Numbered from the stretch's first letter, positions 47,884 through 58,036 are shown. The stretch is 64,000 nucleotides of DNA from Candidatus Colwellbacteria bacterium (GCA_016176525.1 JACOWZ010000003.1:320001-384000); one strand, 5' to 3'. Numbers and translations: made by a program. Notes: generated from the sequence alone by a model not told the origin.

Positions 47884-50085
47884 ATGAGAGAATATACAAA
47901 TAGTAGAGGTTTTACGATGATAGAGATTTTGCTTGTTATTGGCATCACTGGGCTTTTAACCGGCATTTTGGCACTCAACTTATTTGGCTCGCAAGAGAAG
48001 GTTGTTTTGGACGGCGCGGTTTCTAAAATAGTGCAGGATATTCGCACAACTATGAGCCGCTCCGAAGCGCAAGAAGATGGATGTGAGTGGAGCATGCAAT
48101 TTGTGGCCGATACAGCAGCGCCGGCTTATTACTACGATATTAAAAGCGGTGGCAGTGGGTGCACAAACGAAGGGGTAAGATCGCACAAGGTATTGGATTC
48201 GCGTTTGAGTTTTGAGTTGCCTGATTTGGTGCTGCCAGCTACAGAACTTACAGTTGTTTTCCGAAAAGGCACGGGCCAGCCGAATACAACAGCAGAGATA
48301 ATTGTGCATAGTGCGTCAATGTCTAGAACAATAGAGATTCAGGCTTTCGGAGTTGTAGCTTTTTACGAAACTTCTGCTCCGCCTCCTCCACCGCCAGAGT
48401 CTCCACCGCCACAATGCAGCGATCTTATTGACAACGATGGAGATAGTCTTATTGATTATCCACTTGACCCAGGTTGCAGTTCTGCATCAGATAATAACGA
48501 AACTGATCCGGTGCCACCTTCGCCATCGGAGACGCCTGATGTTACAACAGTCGGGGCAGTGCCTCTTACCGAGCAAGCTACTCTTTCTGGAAGCGCAAAC
48601 CCAAATGGTTCGACAACAAGAGGTTGGTTTAGGCTCGGGACTTCTCAGGCATCTTGCAATTCATTACAGTTTAATGGACAGGATCATAAAACCGCTGAAG
48701 TTCCCTTAGGTTCCGACAACTCAGATGTGCCTTATTCTTTAGATGAAGGATCTTTGCAGGGTGGTACAACCTATTATTTCTGCGCAGTTGCAGAAAACTT
48801 GTTTGGTACAAGTTACGGTCTTGTACAATCATTTACCACACAAAGCATCGTTGGCCCGACTGTTGTTACACTAGGAGTAGGTATTGATATCAAATCCGCT
48901 ACCCTACCTTCGAATAGTTTCTGGTTTTCCTGCAACGAAAATTTTTTGATCCACAAGATATATTGCTTTGGTGGCAGAAATTCTTCCAATCAAGTTTTAG
49001 AATATAATCCTGCTGCGCCGGACAATTCTTCAGCCGTTGTGATTAAATCAGTCAGTCTGGCTCCGGGCAAGGATCAATTCTCCTGCGCCCAAGATTCCTC
49101 AACTGGCAAGATTTACTGTTTCGGAGGTATTAATGCCGGAGATGGTCAGCAAATAATTGAATACACTGACGATGGAACAAGCTCAACTAGTGGTTCTATT
49201 ACCGTTAAATCTGTTACTCTGCCAACGCCTCGCTACAGTCATTCCTGCGCCGAAAACTCCTCCACACACAAAATATATTGTTTTGGCGGGCATCAGAGCA
49301 GTCCTAGTGTCGATCTTTCCCAAATAGTCGAGTATAATCCATCAACCGATACTATTATTACTAAAACTGCTGTTCTTCCTACTGGCCGCTATGGCCATTC
49401 CTGCACCGAAAACTCCTCCACACACAAAATATATTGTTTCGGCGGGACTAACGGCGGCAACCAGATCATTGAATACACAGACAATGGAACAAGCCCACTA
49501 AGCGGTTCGGTTGTCGTTAAATCCGCTACTCTGCCGACGGCGTTAAGTTATCTTTCCTGTTCCGAAGACTCTCTAACTCACAAGATCTACTGCTTTGGAG
49601 GAACTCCATCGACTAACCAAATCATCGAATACACCGATGATGGAACAAGCCCACTAAGCGGTTCGGTTGTCGTTAAATCCGCTACTCTGCCGACGGCACG
49701 CTATGGCCTTGCCTGCGCCGAAAACTCCTCCACACACAAAATATATTGTTTCGGCGGGAGTGGCGGCGGTACCCAAATAGTGGAATATAGTGACATAATA
49801 TCAAATTCAGTTGCTTTAGAGGGTTCTGCAAATCCCAATGGCACAAATACAACCGGTTATTTTCGATATTCGACCACCAACCCCGGTTCTTGCAACAACA
49901 CGTTCGGTACCAGGGTTCCTTTATCGGGAGGAACGGTTATTGCCGGTACTAATACGGCAGCCGTGGTATATACCGAAGTAGTTTCTGGGTTAGCTAATTC
50001 TATTACATACTATTTCTGCGCTGTTGCATCAAATTCCACCGGGACAGGCTTTGGCTCGATTTTGTCTTTCACCACATCTCCTTAG
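47884..50085 (+). CDS. giant pilin: prepilin N-terminus fused to Cys-bounded DNDGD motif and a ~6-blade Kelch-type beta-propeller
   Basis: SRGFTMIEILLVIGITGLL; PPPPPPESPPPQCSDLIDNDGDSLIDYPLDPGC; six repeats of HKIYCFGG...IEYTDDGTS. Confidence 0.65.
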   Translation: MREYTNSRGFTMIEILLVIGITGLLTGILALNLFGSQEKVVLDGAVSKIVQDIRTTMSRSEAQEDGCEWSMQFVADTAAPAYYYDIKSGGSGCTNEGVRSHKVLDSRLSFELPDLVLPATELTVVFRKGTGQPNTTAEIIVHSASMSRTIEIQAFGVVAFYETSAPPPPPPESPPPQCSDLIDNDGDSLIDYPLDPGCSSASDNNETDPVPPSPSETPDVTTVGAVPLTEQATLSGSANPNGSTTRGWFRLGTSQASCNSLQFNGQDHKTAEVPLGSDNSDVPYSLDEGSLQGGTTYYFCAVAENLFGTSYGLVQSFTTQSIVGPTVVTLGVGIDIKSATLPSNSFWFSCNENFLIHKIYCFGGRNSSNQVLEYNPAAPDNSSAVVIKSVSLAPGKDQFSCAQDSSTGKIYCFGGINAGDGQQIIEYTDDGTSSTSGSITVKSVTLPTPRYSHSCAENSSTHKIYCFGGHQSSPSVDLSQIVEYNPSTDTIITKTAVLPTGRYGHSCTENSSTHKIYCFGGTNGGNQIIEYTDNGTSPLSGSVVVKSATLPTALSYLSCSEDSLTHKIYCFGGTPSTNQIIEYTDDGTSPLSGSVVVKSATLPTARYGLACAENSSTHKIYCFGGSGGGTQIVEYSDIISNSVALEGSANPNGTNTTGYFRYSTTNPGSCNNTFGTRVPLSGGTVIAGTNTAAVVYTEVVSGLANSITYYFCAVASNSTGTGFGSILSFTTSP
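48940..49790 (+). repeat. intragenic tandem repeats (~160-180 nt units, some segments identical) encoding Kelch blades
   Basis: Identical 57-nt stretch ggaacaagcccactaagcggttcggttgtcgttaaatccgctactctgccgacggc at 49484 and 49646; three copies of ccgaaaactcctccacacacaaaatatattgttt. Confidence 0.65.
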
Positions 50086-50112
50086 GGGAAGGGGTCTGTT
50101 ATAATTGAATAG

Positions 50113-52314
50113 GTGCATATTTGTGATAGAAAAGGCCAATCTTTGGCGGAAATAATAGTGGCAGTTGCTGTTGGCATGCTTATTATTGGCTCGGCTGTTG
50201 GAGCGCTGGTTTTGACTTTGCGCGCGGGTGAGTCCACTGACAAAATAAGTAATGCTATTAATTTGTTGGAAGGTATAACGGAGCGCGCGGTCCAGCTTGC
50301 AAACGCCGATTGGGAAAGTTTTTATGTACAGCCAAAAGATTCGCATCTTTTTGTTGATAGCAACGGTGATATTGCAAGAGGCGCGGATGTTGCTGTATCT
50401 GGCAACATAACCGACGGGCTTGTTGGCCACTGGATGTTTGATAGATTTGGCACGGCTACAACGACCCTGGATTCCTCCGGTAACGGCAACGATGGCACAC
50501 TCGTAAGTGGTCCAACTATTCCTGCGGAACACAAAGATTGTAAAATGGGATTGTGTTTACAATTTGATGGTGTAGATGACTCTGTTTCTGTGCCGCACAA
50601 TGCCAGCCTTGATTTGACAACCGAGTTTACAATTATGTATTGGGTCTTGGGTGCGAACGAGAATGCGCCCAGTTCTTATTGGCCACCAATGACCAAGGGA
50701 AGTTATCAAAATAGTGGTTGGGATTCGTTCTTATCGAACGGGTCTACTCCGGCTCGCAAGGGTCCAAGTATACGCCTTAATGACAACACAAAATCGCCTG
50801 TTACATCGAGCGTTGGTTGTCCGCAAGTTGATGTCGCCGCAAGTTTTACGCATATCGCGATAACGGTTGATTTGACAGCAATCCCAGATGTTGTTTGTTA
50901 TGTTAATGGCAATCAAACTGGAACAGGGAATTTTAACTCTGCATATACAAGCGTAAAGAACGGGACGCAAACACTTCGCATCGGTGACGAGGGTGGGAGG
51001 AAAATAAAAGGTCTTATGGACGATGTTAGATTCTACAACCGCGCGCTTGCGCCGGAAGAAGTAGCGCAGCTTGCAAATTTACGCGCGGAGTACACCACGT
51101 CTTTTAAAATATCTAATGTTGAGAGAGGTGAGGCAGATAAAATTGAGCCTGGCGGCGGTGCGGCGGAGGACCCATCAACGCAGAAAATCGCAGCAACAGT
51201 TAGTGGTGAGGGCATAAGTCCGCTTAATATTACCCGCTATATAACTAGGTTCCGCAATAGCGCGGATAAGATTGAGAAGCTTTTTGATGCGGCAGATATA
51301 GGAGCACCTAGCGTGGTTACAAACGCTGCCTCCAATAAAACTACAACTTCTGCAACTTTAAACGGCGCGGCAAACCCAAACGGTGATGCCGCAACAGGTT
51401 GGTTTAGGTACTCGGAAAATGATCCAAGTGGATGTGATGATGTATTTGGTACTTCTACGGGAACCTCAAGTCTTGGTTCTGGAAATTCTTTTGTTGGATA
51501 TTCGCAGGGAATATCCGGTCTTGATTCCAATACTTGGTATTACTATTGCGCGATTGCAGAGAATTCCAAGGGTAAGGGATTCGGCGATCTGGTTGCATTT
51601 AAGACAAAATCTACGACTGTTGTTGATGAGTTTGGCCCAGGCACACATACTTGGGAGCTTGATAGTGATGTTACTAATATAACCTCTGTGACTATTGAGC
51701 TTTGGGGCGCTGGCGGAGGCGGTGCGGGTTCTGGAACATTAGGTGGAAGCGCGGGCCAGGGAGGCGCCGGAGGCGGTGCATATATTAAGCAAACACTATT
51801 TTTAGATCCCGATACTACGTATCAGGTTGTTGTTGGCGAAGGAGGAGCAGGTGGAAATGCTAATGCCGGCGGTAATGGTGGTTCATCTAGTTTTGCGCCA
51901 GGTGATGCTAATGAGGTACGCGCGGCTGGAGGCGAAGGAGCCCCTCTTAATAGTTTTGGTTCCGGTGGGGATTCATCGGGTTCACTCGGCTATGCTCTTA
52001 TTACAACTGGCGGCGATGGTGGTGCAGGACATTCTACATCTGGTAATGGCGGAGGCGGCGGAGGCGGCGGAGGCACCACTAACCCCGGCGGTGATGGAGA
52101 GCCAGGCGGCGTAACCGACCCGGGTGAGGGCGGAATTGGCGGCGCGCAGAGCGGTGGCAATGGTGGTAGCGGTGGAGCTTTTAACGAAAACGGAACTTCC
52201 GCATCGCTTGGCTCTCGTGGAGGCGGCGGAGGCGGCGCAGGCGCGACGCCAGAATTTAACCATAGTGGTGGCAATGGCGCTGGTGGATGGGCGCGAATAA
52301 CATATCAGAAGTAG
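50113..52314 (+). CDS. pilin-like protein with LamG/concanavalin-like domain and Gly-rich C-terminus
   Basis: KGQSLAEIIVAVAVGMLIIG prepilin-like N-terminus; LVGHWMFD...LDSSGNGNDGTL...LQFDGVDDSVSV LamG pattern; GGxGG repeats. Confidence 0.6.
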   Translation: MHICDRKGQSLAEIIVAVAVGMLIIGSAVGALVLTLRAGESTDKISNAINLLEGITERAVQLANADWESFYVQPKDSHLFVDSNGDIARGADVAVSGNITDGLVGHWMFDRFGTATTTLDSSGNGNDGTLVSGPTIPAEHKDCKMGLCLQFDGVDDSVSVPHNASLDLTTEFTIMYWVLGANENAPSSYWPPMTKGSYQNSGWDSFLSNGSTPARKGPSIRLNDNTKSPVTSSVGCPQVDVAASFTHIAITVDLTAIPDVVCYVNGNQTGTGNFNSAYTSVKNGTQTLRIGDEGGRKIKGLMDDVRFYNRALAPEEVAQLANLRAEYTTSFKISNVERGEADKIEPGGGAAEDPSTQKIAATVSGEGISPLNITRYITRFRNSADKIEKLFDAADIGAPSVVTNAASNKTTTSATLNGAANPNGDAATGWFRYSENDPSGCDDVFGTSTGTSSLGSGNSFVGYSQGISGLDSNTWYYYCAIAENSKGKGFGDLVAFKTKSTTVVDEFGPGTHTWELDSDVTNITSVTIELWGAGGGGAGSGTLGGSAGQGGAGGGAYIKQTLFLDPDTTYQVVVGEGGAGGNANAGGNGGSSSFAPGDANEVRAAGGEGAPLNSFGSGGDSSGSLGYALITTGGDGGAGHSTSGNGGGGGGGGGTTNPGGDGEPGGVTDPGEGGIGGAQSGGNGGSGGAFNENGTSASLGSRGGGGGGAGATPEFNHSGGNGAGGWARITYQK

Positions 52315-52341
52315 TTAATGATGTGTTATAATTTTTAGAAT

Positions 52342-52905
52342 ATGAAAAGAATCTTTATAGTCTTGGGTGTGTTATCGGTGGTGTTTATTAGTGTTTATAT
52401 TTTACAGAAAAACAACGACAAAGTTATTAACGAACTAAATTTGGATAGTGACGACGGTTATCAAACAATAAAGATTGATAGTTTAAATGTACGTAGAGAT
52501 TTAGATATTTTCTCCAAAAAAGCGGATACTATTGTTATAGGGACTATAAAATCGATTGGCGAAGCTTATGCTACTAGAGTTAGCAAGACCAATCTTATAT
52601 ACACGCCAGTTTTTCTTGATGTTGAAACATATATTAAAAATCCTAAAATCTCTACTGAATTAAGATTTGATGTTCTAGGAGGCACAGTGGATAACGTTAG
52701 ACTTATAGCTGACGGACCAGAATTTAAAGTAGGAGAAAGAGTTTTAGTCTTTCTGGGCAAGCTTGTTAATGGAAATTTAGTTGTTTATGCTGGAAGTTCT
52801 GGTGAGTATCTATTAAAAGATGGTATGGCTTTTAGTGTTATAGATAACGAGGTTTTAACAGAAGCTGAATTAGTATCAAGAATATTAAGTAATCTAAATC
52901 CATAA
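52342..52905 (+). CDS. hypothetical secreted protein
   Basis: Signal/anchor MKRIFIVLGVLSVVFISVYIL; no recognised motif. Confidence 0.4.
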   Translation: MKRIFIVLGVLSVVFISVYILQKNNDKVINELNLDSDDGYQTIKIDSLNVRRDLDIFSKKADTIVIGTIKSIGEAYATRVSKTNLIYTPVFLDVETYIKNPKISTELRFDVLGGTVDNVRLIADGPEFKVGERVLVFLGKLVNGNLVVYAGSSGEYLLKDGMAFSVIDNEVLTEAELVSRILSNLNP

Positions 52906-52908
52906 CAT

Positions 52909-55146
52909 ATGAAACTTAAGGCTTTTATAGTTGCTCCAGTTGCCCTATTTGTATTCGGTTTCTTATATATCAACTCCGCGCTTGCTTATGTTTGGGACGG
53001 GTACAAATGGGAGCCTTACACAGTTGGATACTATATTAACTCCGATTGGGCTAGCACTTATGGTACTAGTTCAATTCAAACGGCAGCAAACCAGTGGAAT
53101 AATGCCGGGTCTGCATTTACGTTGCAATATGAGGGCCTAACAAATATATCAGAGCCCTCCACTACAGACGGATATAACACTATTACATCTGATAACTGGG
53201 GAGAGGTAGGAACTCTTGCAATAACAATTTCTTATGCTCCATGGCTATACGAAGTTTTAGATGTTGATACTGTTTTTAATACTCTTTATACCTTTAGCGA
53301 TTCGCCGGGTGTAGGTGAATATGATATACAATCCGTGATGGCTCATGAGTTTGGTCATTGGTTGGTATTGGAGCACGTTCCATTGAGTGATTGTACAGAT
53401 CCATCTATAGATCCAGTTATGTGCCCGGGCACTGGCGATGGAGAGACTTACTACAGAACTCTAAAACAGGATGATATAGACGGCATAAATCACATTTATC
53501 CCAAGTTAAGTGGAGTTATCTCAACTGATACAACTCTTACAAAAGAAAGAAGCCCGTATATTATTTCTGGGACTGTTACAGTGAATTCTGGCGTAACACT
53601 TACAGTTGATGCGGGGGCAATTATAAAATTTAAAGATACTTCATCTGAATTAATAGTAAATGGTACTCTAGATGTAAATGGAACTAGTGGAGATAAGGTT
53701 TATTTTACATCTTATAAGGATGATGTCGGCGGCGATACAAACTCGGATAGTTCAGCAACTATTCCTACAGTCGGCGATTGGCAACATATCGAATTCAGCA
53801 TTGGTTCTGCCGGCAATTTTGACTATGCTGTTGCCCGATATGGAGGGCGTTGGGGGGACGGCGTGATATATAACAACGGTGGGACTATTGCTCTAGCTAA
53901 ATCTGATGTTAGCTATTCTTATAGTGAATATGGTATATATCAAACTAGCGGATATATATCCATTAATGATTCGCATATACACCATTCTATATACAGTATA
54001 GGTTTTTTCCAGAAAGGAGGTTCTTCTGATATATCAGGATCAGAGTTTGATAATAATGAGGAGGGTATAAGAATTGGTTTATGGAATAGAAGTGCTGCGG
54101 CTACGACTAATATTTCTGGAAACTATATCCATAATAATTTTATTGGTGTTGAAATTTGTGGCGATGCGGTATCAGCAGATGTGACGGATAATATTATCTC
54201 TATTTCCTCACCTACTCCACCCTTCGATTTATATTATGGTCAGTGGGGAGTTTATATTTGCGGTTTGAATACTGTAGTGAATTTAGTAAATAACTCGGTT
54301 ATCAATAATAGCATATCAGATCTTGCTTACCCTGTAGGAGTTAGGCTTCCAGCAACTCTTATACATTCTGGTAATGTATATTCTGGCTCTGGTAAACAAG
54401 GTTTTTATTATGAGGGTAATGTTTATCCTGGTTTTGATGTCGTTTGGAACCCTTCTACGCCTACATATGTTGTAGATGATATAAGGGTTGCTACTGGTGC
54501 TACATTTACTATCAATGCTGGTACAGTTGTAAAATTCCATAGACCATCTTCGAGCATAACTATTCGAGGTACTTTCAATGTAAATGGCACCGCTGCTAAT
54601 CCGGTCCATTTTACTTCTATAAAAGATGATATAGTTGGTGGTGATACAAATAACGATAATGCTGTAACTATTCCAGTAGAAGGTGATTGGGATAAGATTG
54701 AATTTCAAGTAAGTGGATTATTAGATCAACCAATAGTTAACTTAAACCATGCTGTTATAAGATATGGGGGGTCTTCGACGGGCGCGATTGTAAATGATAG
54801 TGAATTTGGGGATATAAACATGTCCAATTCTCGAGTTAGTTATTCTAATATAGGTTTTCACCAAGTTAGAGTTAGTGGTTTGTCAAAGATTACCAATTCG
54901 AGGTTCGATAATAATTCTTACGGTTTATATTACACTGCTGGCACATTAACTACATCATCAAATAGTTTTGTAAATAACATTCTTTACGGAGTATATAATT
55001 CAACAACAACACCTATAAACATGGCAAATAACTGGTGGGGGAATATTTCAGGGCCTACGCATACTACTAATCCTATAGGTATCGGAGATTCTGTCTCAGA
55101 CAATGTAATATTTACACCTTGGCTTACTTCGGATCCTAATCCATAA
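52909..55146 (+). CDS. secreted metzincin-like zinc peptidase domain followed by right-handed beta-helix repeats (internal duplication)
   Basis: VMAHEFGHWLVLEHV; two ~70-aa homologous blocks (TLTVDAGAIIKF...GDWQHIEF / TFTINAGTVVKF...GDWDKIEF); NxxG-rich repeats. Confidence 0.55.
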   Translation: MKLKAFIVAPVALFVFGFLYINSALAYVWDGYKWEPYTVGYYINSDWASTYGTSSIQTAANQWNNAGSAFTLQYEGLTNISEPSTTDGYNTITSDNWGEVGTLAITISYAPWLYEVLDVDTVFNTLYTFSDSPGVGEYDIQSVMAHEFGHWLVLEHVPLSDCTDPSIDPVMCPGTGDGETYYRTLKQDDIDGINHIYPKLSGVISTDTTLTKERSPYIISGTVTVNSGVTLTVDAGAIIKFKDTSSELIVNGTLDVNGTSGDKVYFTSYKDDVGGDTNSDSSATIPTVGDWQHIEFSIGSAGNFDYAVARYGGRWGDGVIYNNGGTIALAKSDVSYSYSEYGIYQTSGYISINDSHIHHSIYSIGFFQKGGSSDISGSEFDNNEEGIRIGLWNRSAAATTNISGNYIHNNFIGVEICGDAVSADVTDNIISISSPTPPFDLYYGQWGVYICGLNTVVNLVNNSVINNSISDLAYPVGVRLPATLIHSGNVYSGSGKQGFYYEGNVYPGFDVVWNPSTPTYVVDDIRVATGATFTINAGTVVKFHRPSSSITIRGTFNVNGTAANPVHFTSIKDDIVGGDTNNDNAVTIPVEGDWDKIEFQVSGLLDQPIVNLNHAVIRYGGSSTGAIVNDSEFGDINMSNSRVSYSNIGFHQVRVSGLSKITNSRFDNNSYGLYYTAGTLTTSSNSFVNNILYGVYNSTTTPINMANNWWGNISGPTHTTNPIGIGDSVSDNVIFTPWLTSDPNP

Positions 55147-55149
55147 AGT

Positions 55150-56025
55150 ATGCGAAAGATATTATTTGTTCTTCTTTTTATAACTCTACTACTTGGATTT
55201 AGTGTTAATACTGCGCAGGCTGCGACAAATATAGACTCAACTGATCGTTGGGCATGGAATGATGTTATCGGCTGGATTGACTTCCATACCTTGCAGACTG
55301 TGATTATTAGAAGCACTCCATCTAGTGTTTCTGGTGCTGCGGCGTTGCTTTCTGCTGGTGATTCACCGATTTATTTACGTTGCTTGGAATTATTTCCACT
55401 TGGATGCCAAAATAGCCAAGCTGGAGACTGGAGTGTTTTCTGGGATAATATAGAAGGGCTTAGCGGCTGGGCGTGGAGTGAAACTGTTGGTTGGATAAGT
55501 TTTGATTGCCAAACTTTTGGTGATTGCGCGAGCTCTGACTATAGGGTTCTTATTAATAAAGATACAGGAGAGTTTAGTGGGTTTGCTTGGAGTTTAGCGG
55601 TTGGTTGGATAAGTTTTAACTGTATTGATATAGGTGTTTGCGGAGTATCGGACTATAAAGTGATAGCAAATCTCGGCGCCGCGCCGGGAGAAAAGATAAC
55701 TAATTTTACTGAAGTTGTTCCCGTTGGCTCAAATATATCGGTTGCGTTTAATTCCATTGTTTGGGAGGGTATGGAAAACGGTGGGAGTGTAAAAGCCCAG
55801 GTTGCAGTTTCAGATAGTGAGGATGGGCCATGGAATGATTATCGAGGGCCACTTGGATATGGCGATAATAGTGTTTATGAGTTAGGATTCTCGGGTACTA
55901 TTACCCGTTTAAAACCAGAGAGCCATCCTAGAGGTAAATATTACCGATTAAAAATAATAAAAGTTGCAAGCACGCTTGGTGAATATCCGACGGTTGATGC
56001 GGTGTATGTAAATTGGTCATACTGA
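55150..56025 (+). CDS. secreted Trp-rich repeat protein (W.W....GWI.F motif x3)
   Basis: WAWNDVIGWIDFH, GWAWSETVGWISFDC, GFAWSLAVGWISFNC; signal peptide. Confidence 0.45.
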   Translation: MRKILFVLLFITLLLGFSVNTAQAATNIDSTDRWAWNDVIGWIDFHTLQTVIIRSTPSSVSGAAALLSAGDSPIYLRCLELFPLGCQNSQAGDWSVFWDNIEGLSGWAWSETVGWISFDCQTFGDCASSDYRVLINKDTGEFSGFAWSLAVGWISFNCIDIGVCGVSDYKVIANLGAAPGEKITNFTEVVPVGSNISVAFNSIVWEGMENGGSVKAQVAVSDSEDGPWNDYRGPLGYGDNSVYELGFSGTITRLKPESHPRGKYYRLKIIKVASTLGEYPTVDAVYVNWSY

Positions 56026-56027
56026 TT

Positions 56028-56498
56028 ATGAATAAGAAACTAAAAGCTAGAGAGGGGGTTACGGCTTTTATTATGATATTACTGATGGCGGCGATTATTA
56101 TTGAGGTTACTATAGCCAGCGTTGTGGTTACCACTTCTTTTGTCGCCGGCGTTTTTGGCGCGCGGCTATCTGCCGAGGCGCTTGCCGCCGCTCGTGCGGG
56201 GGCCGAAGACGCATCTATTAGGATTTTGCGAACTGGCAAATGTTTTAAAGAGAGCGGTGAATATCCTTGCCCGGCCCAGTGCCCACCCGATCTAGCAAAT
56301 AATGCCTATTCTTTAACGGTAGATAATAGAACTGCCTCTATTGCTATGTGTGCGGATGATAGCGCCAATCCAACGTTATTTACTATAGAATCAGTTGGCA
56401 CTGCTTTTAATAGAAAAAAGAAAATAAGGACAGAAATTGGGTTTGATACAAATGCAAAAGAGTTTAAGATTTTATCGTTTAGAGAAACACCAATATAG
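56028..56498 (+). CDS. minor pilin-like / pilus-associated small protein (hypothetical)
   Basis: N-terminal hydrophobic segment GVTAFIMILLMAAIIIEV after a short leader; weak prepilin resemblance. Confidence 0.35.
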   Translation: MNKKLKAREGVTAFIMILLMAAIIIEVTIASVVVTTSFVAGVFGARLSAEALAAARAGAEDASIRILRTGKCFKESGEYPCPAQCPPDLANNAYSLTVDNRTASIAMCADDSANPTLFTIESVGTAFNRKKKIRTEIGFDTNAKEFKILSFRETPI

Positions 56499-56500
56499 TT

Positions 56501-58036
56501 ATGAAAAAGATTGATCTTGGTAATGCATTCTATTTGCTGAACAAAGTTTTGATGCCGCCAAGCACGGTTGGCGGTTTGCAGATAACTAACTCTATAATAC
56601 GTTTTTTGGAGCTTGCGCCGAGTTCTGCAAAAGGGGACTTTGTTCTAAAGCGAGATGTCTCTTTGCGCTTGCCGCCCGGCATATTAGAGAGCAACAGGAT
56701 TAAAGACACAGTGCTTTTTATACAAGCCCTAAAAGAATTGCGTAAAAGAATTGGCATAAAACCCAAAAAACTTGTTGATGTAATTCTTACAATCCCTGCG
56801 GGCGATGTGTTTGTACAGGCCTTTACTGTTCCAATACTTGCAGAAGACAAACTTAAAGAAGCAGTTGATCTAAACCTAAAAGCAATATCGCCAATACCAA
56901 TAGATAGGTCTTATTATTCCGCAAGAAAAATCGGCAAAACAATGGAGGGCGGCGGGCAATACGAGTTTTTAGGCACTTTTGTACAACAAGATGTTATGGA
57001 CGAGTTTGCCGATGCAGTGGAGGTAGCTGGTTTTGGAATAGCGGCGGTGGAGTTCTCCAGCGTTGGGTTTGCGCGCACGCTAATTTCTGCAGGTGCCGTT
57101 TCCGATAACAAGCCATATTTGATAGTTAAAATTACGCAAGACGGTGTTATATTTTTAATACTAAAAAACGGCGAGCTTTACTTTAACTATTTCCACCCAT
57201 GGGAAAAAATAATGGAGGAAGGCGGCGGAGTGTCGTTGGATAGTATATTTTCTGTTGTGCGGCTAGAAATGCAGAGGCTGCTTAACTTTTATAGCCAGCG
57301 GTCGGAAGGCCGCATTAAAGATGCGGTTATAATATCCCCCGCTTATGGCGAGGAATTAGCGAATTTTATATATAAAGAACATCCGTATATTAATATTCAA
57401 TACGTTAACTCACAGCAAGAGAATTTCCACGGGGTGCGCGGAGCTGCTGAACGCGGGCTTTTGCCGAGGCACAAAGATACGAACATTAACCTTATGGGGC
57501 CCCATAGGCTTGGTGCATATCTGCGCAATCAAATTCTTGCATTTGTTGTTTTTTGGAGGAGTATACTAGCCGTCTCTTTGGGTTTTCTACTGGCGCTTTT
57601 TATTTCGGCAAACATAATACTTACAAAAGAGGTTGAGAGGTCAGAAGAATTGATTGCAATCAATCTTGGCACTGCGGAGTTCGCCGAGCTGGATTCGCTA
57701 AAAGCAAGCGCGGCTGAATTTAACGACTTGGTTAAGGTTTTACAGGGCGTAAGAGGCGAGCTTCAGCACTCCGCAGAGTTTATAGACGAGATTAACAATG
57801 CGAGGAGCGGCGAGGTTGTTTTAGAAAGGCTTAACTTAAACTTTACGGCATCTTCCGGGCTTTTGCGGGGCAATGCGGTAAACGAGCGAGCAATATTGGC
57901 TTTTCGCGATAGATTGCTTGCGATGGAGAGTTTGGAGGATATTAATATGCCGTTGGCAGATATTGTTACGCAGCCAACCGGTAGGGTGGCGTTTTTAGTT
58001 TCGTTTAGGATAGTAGGTAGTGACTCACCGAACTAG
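56501..58036 (+). CDS. PilM-like (actin-fold) protein fused to a PilN-like TM/coiled-coil region
   Basis: 511 aa; internal TM helix ILAFVVFWRSILAVSLGFLLALFI about 340 aa in; context in pilus locus. Confidence 0.45.
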   Translation: MKKIDLGNAFYLLNKVLMPPSTVGGLQITNSIIRFLELAPSSAKGDFVLKRDVSLRLPPGILESNRIKDTVLFIQALKELRKRIGIKPKKLVDVILTIPAGDVFVQAFTVPILAEDKLKEAVDLNLKAISPIPIDRSYYSARKIGKTMEGGGQYEFLGTFVQQDVMDEFADAVEVAGFGIAAVEFSSVGFARTLISAGAVSDNKPYLIVKITQDGVIFLILKNGELYFNYFHPWEKIMEEGGGVSLDSIFSVVRLEMQRLLNFYSQRSEGRIKDAVIISPAYGEELANFIYKEHPYINIQYVNSQQENFHGVRGAAERGLLPRHKDTNINLMGPHRLGAYLRNQILAFVVFWRSILAVSLGFLLALFISANIILTKEVERSEELIAINLGTAEFAELDSLKASAAEFNDLVKVLQGVRGELQHSAEFIDEINNARSGEVVLERLNLNFTASSGLLRGNAVNERAILAFRDRLLAMESLEDINMPLADIVTQPTGRVAFLVSFRIVGSDSPN

